The notes beneath the pieces are model-generated. The model was given only the letters and a program-made list of their open reading frames with translations. It ran no database searches and was not told where the DNA came from. The position numbers and the translations under genes are program-made. A DNA stretch of 32,000 nt from Mycolicibacterium smegmatis (GTDB taxonomy: Bacteria > Actinomycetota > Actinomycetes > Mycobacteriales > Mycobacteriaceae), in contig NZ_LN831039.1 of the NCBI RefSeq assembly GCF_001457595.1, positions 1,380,001 to 1,412,000 on the forward strand. The letters are read 5' to 3'. Shown here piece by piece: positions 25,793 through 32,000 of the stretch; positions within the stretch are counted from its first letter, which is position 1, and the number at the start of each line of letters is the position of its first letter.

Positions 25793-27236
25793 GGCGCGGT
25801 GTCCCTTCGCTCAGCAGGTTCACATTTCCCAACCGGCGCAACGCGTTGCGGAACACCGGATTCGGATTCGCGTGTGGTAGCGCAGCCAAGACATCTCGCA
25901 GTGCGTCCGCAACGTCGATGTTGCGCAGACGCGCACCGTAGAGCGCCGCGACGGTGGGGGTACGGCTGTGCGCCTCGACGCAGTGCAACAACACCGTCCG
26001 CCCCTCCGCGCGCAACTGCTCGACCGCGCGCACGGCGTCGGTCAGCACGAAGTCCAAGTGCGGATTCTCGTCCGGGTCCGGGCTGTCGATCAAACGAACC
26101 TCGACATGCGGTATGCCCTGGGGGACATCCTCATCGGCGACGCGGCACAGCGACACCACCGCATCAACCCCCGGCGGCAGGTCGCGCAGGACACCGACGC
26201 CGCCGAGGAGAACACGCGGATCGTGCGGGTGGGCGGCAAGGGTGTCGATCCGCAAACCCGAGTAGACCGGCTCGCGGCTTGGCCCGCCCTTGCGGACAAT
26301 GGCATTCGACAGCGCGACCAGATCTCGTGCGGTGAAGCCTGGCCATCCATGCAGCATCCGGCGCCATTCGAGCGGCACTGCGGAGGCGCCGTACGCCGCA
26401 CCGAGCAGACCCCCGGCGATGGCGGCAACGGTGTCGGTGTCGTGACCGCATCGGACCGCGGCATCGAGTCCGAGGCGCAGATGCTCGGCGCGGGATGTTT
26501 CGACGAGTTTCAGCGTCGTGGTGATCGCCGACCACGCCGCCTGCAGCGCCGCGACCACCCAGCCGTTGTTGGCGAAGTCCGACGGACGCGCGGACTCTGC
26601 CTGCTCGATCCGATCGGACCAGAGCTTACGGCGATCGGCATCGAGGTGGTGGAGCCCGACCCGAACATCGAGCTCGGTGGTCAGCACCGCATGGCGAATG
26701 GCGCACGACCACAGCACCGCAGCATCGCCGGCGTCGGAGTCGAAATGGGTGAGCCCGCTGATCGCTCGAGCAGCGGCCACAAGCGCATCCTCGTTGTCGA
26801 GGTAGGCCAGCGCTACCGGCGCCGTCCGCATCAATGAACCGTTGCCCGCAGTGCGGCCGGTCTGCTCATGCAATGCCTCGGACGACGCGCGGGCCCGTGC
26901 CGCCGTGATGTCATCGCCGCGGGCGGCGCTGGACAGCACCGATCGGGTCTGGATCCCGACATCCTTGGCGCGTAGGGACCATTCGTACCACCGGGCCACG
27001 ATTGCGTCCTGGGCCGCTTCGTCGCGCAGATCGGCGCCGGTGGCGGCAACCTCGGCGATCGCGATCGCCATGTCGGTGTCGTCGGTCCATTCGCCGGGCT
27101 CCCATTGCCTGCCGCCCACCATTTCCACGGGCAGCTCGGGACCGCGTGCCGGCTGGAACTCGTACGGTGCGCCGAGCGCATCACCGGTTGCCGTGCCCAG
27201 CAGGACGCCCTCGATCCGATCATTCATCGATGCCAT
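25785..27236 (-). CDS. ADP-ribosylglycohydrolase (ARH/DraG family) fused to a CX5R dual-specificity-phosphatase-like domain
   Basis: N-terminal part RIEGVLLGTATGDALGAPYEF...EWTDDTDMAIAI...GNGSLMRTAP...GHDTDTVAAIAGGLLGAAYG (ARH motifs). C-terminal part VLLHCVEAHSRTPT (HCX5R(S/T) P-loop). Start taken at Met 27236, which is preceded by GAAGGTGG. The ORF track extends to 27284. Confidence 0.8.
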   Translation of the reverse strand: MASMNDRIEGVLLGTATGDALGAPYEFQPARGPELPVEMVGGRQWEPGEWTDDTDMAIAIAEVAATGADLRDEAAQDAIVARWYEWSLRAKDVGIQTRSVLSSAARGDDITAARARASSEALHEQTGRTAGNGSLMRTAPVALAYLDNEDALVAAARAISGLTHFDSDAGDAAVLWSCAIRHAVLTTELDVRVGLHHLDADRRKLWSDRIEQAESARPSDFANNGWVVAALQAAWSAITTTLKLVETSRAEHLRLGLDAAVRCGHDTDTVAAIAGGLLGAAYGASAVPLEWRRMLHGWPGFTARDLVALSNAIVRKGGPSREPVYSGLRIDTLAAHPHDPRVLLGGVGVLRDLPPGVDAVVSLCRVADEDVPQGIPHVEVRLIDSPDPDENPHLDFVLTDAVRAVEQLRAEGRTVLLHCVEAHSRTPTVAALYGARLRNIDVADALRDVLAALPHANPNPVFRNALRRLGNVNLLSEGTPRHG

Positions 27237-27252
27237 CGCCACCACCTTCTCT

Positions 27253-27266
27253 ATTTTGCGCAAAAT
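27253..27266. promoter_or_regulatory. Perfect 14-bp AT-rich palindrome ATTTTGCGCAAAAT in the divergent promoter region (candidate NrtR operator)
   Basis: Read directly from the sequence. It lies between the ARH-phosphatase start (27236, minus strand) and the NrtR-like start (27275/27305, plus strand). Confidence 0.45.
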
Positions 27267-27274
27267 TGCGCTAA

Positions 27275-27964
27275 TTGCTGGCAACTGTACGCTGGCATAC
27301 CGACATGGACAACAAGGCGTATCAGGACAGCGGCGGACGCTCTTTGGAGAAGTATCCGCGGCCCTCGGTTGCCGTCGACGCCGCGGTACTCACCGTCGAT
27401 CCCGAGACGGGCCTAACTGTGCTACAGGTCCGTCGGGCCGGGGGGCCCGGCTGGGCGCTACCCGGCACCTTCTTGCATCAGGGGGAGACCCTGGCTGAAG
27501 CGGTCAACCGGGCCCTCTCGACCAAGGCGAACGTACAGGGCCTGCGGCCCCGCCAGCTCCACGTGTTCGATGACCCACACCGCGACAACCGCGGGTGGGT
27601 GCTGTCGGTGGCACACGTCGCCGTCGTCCCACCCGATCAGCTGGTCGACCGCTTTCCCCAGTCCACCCGGCTGATGCCGGTGCACACTCCGGGGCGACTC
27701 ATCTATGACCACGCCGACATCATCGCGCTGGCCGTGGCCGACGTACGGGCCCGCTACGACTCGAGCCCCGATCCGGATCATCTACTCGGCGATGAGTTCA
27801 CGCTGCGCGACCTGCGGCTGATCCACGAAGCGGTTGCGGGACATGCCCTTCAGCGAGACACCTTCCGGCGTGCGATGGAACCGCACCTCATCTCGACCGG
27901 CGACACTGTGTCTCGCGGTAGAGGACGGCCGGCAGAGTTGTTTCGTCGCCGTAACGACGAATGA
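27275..27964 (+). CDS. NrtR-like regulator (degenerate Nudix domain + C-terminal winged helix)
   Basis: PSVAVDAAVL...WALPGTFLHQGETLAEAVNRALSTKANV is a Nudix box lacking the catalytic REx2EE glutamates. C-terminal part FTLRDLRLIHEAVAG..LQRDTFRRAM...GRGRPAELFR is typical of the NrtR wHTH. Alternative start: ATG at 27305. Confidence 0.75.
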   Translation: MLATVRWHTDMDNKAYQDSGGRSLEKYPRPSVAVDAAVLTVDPETGLTVLQVRRAGGPGWALPGTFLHQGETLAEAVNRALSTKANVQGLRPRQLHVFDDPHRDNRGWVLSVAHVAVVPPDQLVDRFPQSTRLMPVHTPGRLIYDHADIIALAVADVRARYDSSPDPDHLLGDEFTLRDLRLIHEAVAGHALQRDTFRRAMEPHLISTGDTVSRGRGRPAELFRRRNDE

Positions 27965-28096
27965 TGTGACCCGAAGCTGAGTCATTGTGAATCCTACTGT
28001 CGGATAAGCTGGTTGCCTATGCGCCGGGCGATGTGGGCTCAGTCCGGAGGTACTCCGCTCGAACACGTGACCTGTCGCGTCCACCATAACCGAGCA

Positions 28097-29193
28097 TCAC
28101 TCTGCGGTCACGTAATGCCCAGGATCGATCGTGGTCTCGCCCGACCAGCGGTAGGCGGTCAGCTTCCCGCCTTTCACGGCGCTGAAGTCCACGCACGCCG
28201 TGTAATTGGTCCAATCGTGTCGGTGCTTGGGCGATCCTTGCCGCCAGTAGTGGCCGTAGAACACCGGGACTTGCGCGGTGTAGACGTATGACTGATCTCC
28301 GCCGGAGAGCTCCAACTCGGGCAGCGGCGGGTACGGTTCACCGGTCGCGGTGGTGAACTTGCCGCCCATCTCCGCGATATCGCGCAGCGTACGCGCCTCG
28401 CCATTCCACCACTGCACCCGGGCACTGCCGCGCGGATGGCCGTCCTTGTCGTGGTACTCTGGTTGTCCGCGGTCGACCAGGCTGATCTCCGGCCCTTTCA
28501 GGAGCGTCTCGACAGCGTCGTACAACTCGTCACCTTTGGTGCTGGCGGCCGCCAGGTGCCGCAGTTCGGCGAACGGGGCGCTCGAACCGCAGCGGTTCTC
28601 GACCAGCTTGATCGAGTCGTCATGCCAGCACGCTGCACGACGCGCACCTCTCCGAGATCCAGCCACAGCGGAATCGTCCGCGAACCACTCCAAATATCGG
28701 CGGCGGTCGTCACGGCGAACCTGCTCGAGAAAAGCGGCATGCTGTTTGGTGTTCTTGGCCGCCCGTCGATCATCCGGATCATCGTGTGGCCGCAGGTATT
28801 TCCCGCTGCCCTCCGGCCATTCGGCGGCATAGGCCAGCGCGTTGAACTCGTGGTTACCCATGACGATGCGGGCGGTACCTGCATCGACCATCGCCTTGAC
28901 GACCTCCAGCACGCGGAGTTGCTCGTCTCCCCGGTCGATTAGGTCACCGACGAAGATGGCCTGACGCTCGGGTGGCGGTACGCCGCGGATCCGCGGCCGG
29001 TCCTGTAACCGAGTTTGTTCAGCAGCGCCTCGAGCTGTGTGGCGCGGCCGTGTACGTCTCCGATGACGTCGTAACCGTCTGGGGTTCGTTCATCGACCTC
29101 CTGTCCTCTTGCTCGGTCAAGTGCGACGGCATTACCGGCTGCCTCGGATGTTGGTGGGAATCGACCGAATGCTGACGCCACTAACGCGACCAC
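28097..29193 (-). pseudogene. Metallophosphoesterase (PrpE/ApaH-like Ser/Thr or diadenosine-polyphosphate phosphatase family), frameshifted
   Basis: Motif I YDVIGDVHG...LLNKLGY lies in ORF 28939-29193. Motifs II/III (RQAIFVGDLIDRGDEQ, VMGNHEFN) and GHYW lie in the frame of ORF 28097-28912. The two join only if one base is restored in the ca-ccc-gag tract near 28953-28960 (YRHP/ERQAIFVGD). Confidence 0.7.
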
Positions 29194-29513
29194 CGGGGGA
29201 CTCCGACCCAGTCGTCACGTCCGAGGTAGCGCATCAACTCGGCGCCGTCCTCGCCGTAGATCCCACGGTGGTCACCGTCGAGTACCCAACGGTGCTGCTG
29301 GTCGGCACGCGCAGCGATCTCGGCGGCGCGGCGTTGCCGCGCGGCTTCCACGGACTGATAGTGGCGGACACATGCCGCGATGATCCAGAACGTCAGGACA
29401 AGACCGAGCGCCGCCAAGATCCACCAGATGTATTTGATGATCAACCCGATGAGAAACAGCACACCGATGGCGCCTATCAGTCCACCACCGGATTGACTCT
29501 GTTGACGGCTCAC
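29181..29513 (-). CDS. Small membrane protein (two predicted TM helices)
   Basis: GTG at 29513 preceded by GAAGGTGG. GGLIGAIGVLFLIGLIIKYIWWILAALGLVLTFWIIAACV followed by a charged tail. Overlaps the downstream phosphoesterase ORF start by 13 nt. Confidence 0.5.
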   Translation of the reverse strand: MSRQQSQSGGGLIGAIGVLFLIGLIIKYIWWILAALGLVLTFWIIAACVRHYQSVEAARQRRAAEIAARADQQHRWVLDGDHRGIYGEDGAELMRYLGRDDWVGVPRWSR

Positions 29514-29793
29514 GCAGACCACCACCTTCGATACTTCGCATGATGCCACGAGGTACCGACAAGTCCTGATCGGAGCCGACGAGATTGAGCAAAAAATGGA
29601 CGTTCGACTGACAGCGTGTGGGCGTCGACTTCTGGGAGCCTGTTGTGGCTCCACGCTGCGGTGGTCGAGTGCAGAAGGACTACGTCGAGGGCTATGTCGC
29701 AATACAATTCAAAATCGCAAACCGCTCCCCGCCGCGTGATCCCGCATGGTTATATGTGCTAGCTATTTGTCGTGAAGTCGTGGGGGCAGCAAA

Positions 29794-30747
29794 GTGACTG
29801 ATGGAGAACTCGTCCGTGAACGCGTACCGGAGATGCTTCACGGGGCGGGCCGGTCTGTTGAAGCACGTCGGTTATCGGGCGGGGACCTCGCGCGGGCGCT
29901 GGTCAACAAGCTGAGCGAGGAAGCGGACCAACTCACGCAGGTGGTCGACGATCGCGAGCAGCTGATCACTGGTATCGCTGAAGTCACCGACATGCTGAGG
30001 ACCCTGGCCGAATGCCAACACATCGATCAGGTCGAGATCGACGCAGAGATTCGCCGCACCGTGGCGGAACTTGGTGGATTTGACTCGGGCACATGGCTGG
30101 TCAGCGAGATCCCGCACATCGTGCGGCGGTACACCTCCGCTCACGTCGAGCGCCAGCGCAACCGATGGATTCCCGAGCGTTGGGCAGGTGTATTCGCCGG
30201 CCACGAACAGGCTCACGCCGATCTGCGCGAGCACGTTGAAGAAGCCGGCGGTATTGCGCGCAGCTTCCTGCATGCCCAAGCCGGACGCGACCCCGTCGAT
30301 CTTTTCCTGATGACCATGGCGTGGGGTTACCAGCCGAAGGACTACGGGCCGCAGCGCACCGCCGCCGTACTGGGCCAGGACGGGGCCGTGGAGAAGATCA
30401 ATGCCATCGTGGAGGCCACCCGGACGGACGGGGCGGCCGCTGGATGGAGCGCACTGCTGGACAGCCACAAGATCCGCGGACTGGGCATGTCGTTCGGGAC
30501 GAAGCTGCTTTACTACGCGGGCTACACGTGCCACCAAGAGCAGCGGCCGTTGGTACTCGACGAACGCGTACGAGCTGCGCTGGCCATCGTCGCGCCCGGG
30601 ACGGTGCCAGCGCGTGGTTGGGTACGTAGGGACGACTATCTGCGGTACCTGGATCTCGCGGAGACGTGGGCGGCCAACCCGGCGTGGAATCAGGCACCGG
30701 ACGTCGTGGAGTACGCGCTGTTTTCTCATGGCGGTGTACAGAAATGA
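29794..30747 (+). CDS. Fusion of a MazG-like/PRA-PH-like NTP pyrophosphohydrolase fold (N-terminal) with an OGG/HhH-like fold domain (C-terminal)
   Basis: N-terminal part LVRERVPEMLHGAGRSVEARRLSGGDLARALVNKLSEEADQL...IAEVTDMLRTLAE...ELGGF follows the 'house-cleaning' MazG-like pattern (KLVRD.IPEI...KL.EE..E...E.aDvlevl). C-terminal part ...WGYQPKDYGPQRT...IRGLGMSFGTKLLYYAGY...LVLDERV resembles OGG-fold/HhH proteins. GTG start. AT-rich promoter-like tract upstream. Confidence 0.6.
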   Translation: MTDGELVRERVPEMLHGAGRSVEARRLSGGDLARALVNKLSEEADQLTQVVDDREQLITGIAEVTDMLRTLAECQHIDQVEIDAEIRRTVAELGGFDSGTWLVSEIPHIVRRYTSAHVERQRNRWIPERWAGVFAGHEQAHADLREHVEEAGGIARSFLHAQAGRDPVDLFLMTMAWGYQPKDYGPQRTAAVLGQDGAVEKINAIVEATRTDGAAAGWSALLDSHKIRGLGMSFGTKLLYYAGYTCHQEQRPLVLDERVRAALAIVAPGTVPARGWVRRDDYLRYLDLAETWAANPAWNQAPDVVEYALFSHGGVQK

Positions 30748-30786
30748 TTCGCCGGAAATGTTGCGGTGCAGGTGATCGAGGGTGCC

Positions 30787-32000
30787 ATGTCGGATGAGCG
30801 TCTGAAGAACTTCGTGTTGTCGCTGGCTGACCGCGATGACACGTTGAGCGAAGAGGCGAAGCTCGTCGTGCTCGCCGCGCTGGAAGGCGCCGACGACCTC
30901 ACGGAGGTGTTGGATCAGTCGGCGACCCGTCCCGATTTGATCGAATCGCTGACCACCACCCACGAGGACACAACCGAACCTGTCGGGGCGTATCTGCGCT
31001 CGATCACCGTGCAGGGATTTCGGGGAATCGGGCCCGAGGTCACGCTCAACTTCCAACCCGGACCAGGCCTGACCGTCGTCGCCGGGCGGAACGGGTCCGG
31101 TAAGTCGACACTTGCGGAAGGTCTCGAGCTCGCACTCACCGGCAAGAACTCGCGCTGGGGTGACAAGCCGGGTGTGTGGTCGCAAAGCTGGCGGAACCTG
31201 CACGCCGGAGAACCGGCGCAGCTCCGTGTGGTGCTGGCCGAAGAAGGCTCGGGCGCAACCATAATCGGAGTGGACTGGCCCGCCGGTGACGACATCGACG
31301 TCGATAATTGCTCGTGCTGGGTGCAGCGGCCCAAACGCAAGCGGGAAGACGTCAGCGCGCTGGGGTGGTCCGGCGCGCTGGAGATGTACCGGCCGCTGCT
31401 GAGCTACGACGAACTGGGCGGCATCCTCGAAGGCGCACCTAGCAAGTTCTACGACCAGCTGCACAAGTTGCTCGGACTGGAGCAACTCACCGAGGCCATG
31501 ACGCGGCTGGAAGCCGAGGTCAAGGTGCTCAAGCAGCCGTCGGAGGAAGGGCGGAAGGCGCGTGCCGCGCTGCGGGTCAAGTTGGAGTCGCATGAGGACC
31601 CACGTGCCGCGAAGGCGCTGACCCAGGTCAAGAAGCGCCGGCCCGACCTCGACGCGCTCCGGCCGTTGGTCACCGGCGGAACGGGGGCCGATGTGCCGAC
31701 AGCTTGGCTACAGGCGGAGGGATTATCGATACCGACCGACGACGAGGTGGCGTTGGCGTGCGAAGTGCTTCGAGCGGCCGCCGGCGCGGAGCTGCAGGAG
31801 GCCGAACGCGCTGACGCTCTAGCCGCGGATCGGAGCCGGGTGTTGTCGATGAGCCTGGATTTCCATGCGGCCCATGGGGATCAGAAGTGTCCGGTCTGCG
31901 GGGAAGGGTATCTCACCGCGGAGTGGGCAACAGCAGCGCGCGAGCTGTTGGAGCAAGACCAACGGGTGGTCAAGGCGCTGGCGGAGGCTCGGCAGGCTGC
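30787..32000 (+). CDS. SMC/RecF/SbcC-like AAA ATPase with coiled coil and CxxC, 5' partial (continues beyond the window)
   Basis: Open frame from ATG 30787 (GAGGG upstream) to the window end. It is absent from the ORF track because it has no stop. ITVQGFRGIGPEVTLNFQPGPGLTVVAGRNGSGKSTLAEGLELALTG (Walker A). Long helical Ala/Glu/Leu-rich region. CPVCGEG near 31893-31913. Confidence 0.75.
   Translation, partial: MSDERLKNFVLSLADRDDTLSEEAKLVVLAALEGADDLTEVLDQSATRPDLIESLTTTHEDTTEPVGAYLRSITVQGFRGIGPEVTLNFQPGPGLTVVAGRNGSGKSTLAEGLELALTGKNSRWGDKPGVWSQSWRNLHAGEPAQLRVVLAEEGSGATIIGVDWPAGDDIDVDNCSCWVQRPKRKREDVSALGWSGALEMYRPLLSYDELGGILEGAPSKFYDQLHKLLGLEQLTEAMTRLEAEVKVLKQPSEEGRKARAALRVKLESHEDPRAAKALTQVKKRRPDLDALRPLVTGGTGADVPTAWLQAEGLSIPTDDEVALACEVLRAAAGAELQEAERADALAADRSRVLSMSLDFHAAHGDQKCPVCGEGYLTAEWATAARELLEQDQRVVKALAEARQA

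Noticed and set aside
29872-31593. 573-aa minus-strand ORF spanning two plus-strand genes.
   Set aside because: It crosses the intergenic gap between two well-supported plus-strand genes. It has an Arg/Pro/Gly/Leu-rich composition and no recognisable motif, so it is an antisense shadow ORF.
1-32000. CRISPR arrays, tRNA/rRNA genes and tandem-repeat arrays.
   Set aside because: Scanning by eye found no regularly spaced short direct repeats, no tRNA-like T-arm/acceptor signatures (GGTTCGAATCC-type) outside coding sequence, and no rRNA-like segments. A computational scan (tRNAscan-SE, CRISPR detection tools such as minced) would be needed to be certain.

Overview
High-GC actinobacterial DNA. It looks Mycobacterium-like (DUF732 secreted protein, IS3/IS30/IS110 elements, GTG/TTG starts), but that is an inference. 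The window is an accessory region with two parts.

(1) An insertion-sequence pile-up and an IS-bracketed cargo, 1-14034:
- A truncated copy (1-626) and a complete copy (12475-14034) of the same IS3-family element, in direct orientation.
- A second IS3-family element (about 694-3382) whose orfB is split by an IS30-family element (1000-2454, 3-bp TTG target duplication).
- A multiply frameshifted IS110-family transposase pseudogene.
- Cargo between the two IS copies: a DUF732-like secreted protein and a 2122-aa Hhe-like protein (HEPN + SF1 helicase + Vsr/DUF559-like nuclease).

(2) A defence-island-like run, 14556-32000:
- A translationally coupled SNF2-family ATPase + HelD/UvrD-like SF1 helicase pair. 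I cannot assign it to any named system, and it is my top candidate for something undescribed.
- McrB-McrC plus a tightly coupled third unknown gene.
- An ADP-ribose-related module: an ADP-ribosylglycohydrolase fused to a CX5R phosphatase, an ankyrin protein and a decayed macro-like ORF. It is divergent from an NrtR-like Nudix regulator, with a perfect 14-bp palindrome between them.
- A frameshifted metallophosphoesterase and a small membrane protein.
- A MazG-like/OGG-fold fusion followed by an SMC/RecF-like ATPase that runs off the window.

I saw no rRNA, tRNA or CRISPR array. All family calls come from motif recognition by eye. No database search was run.
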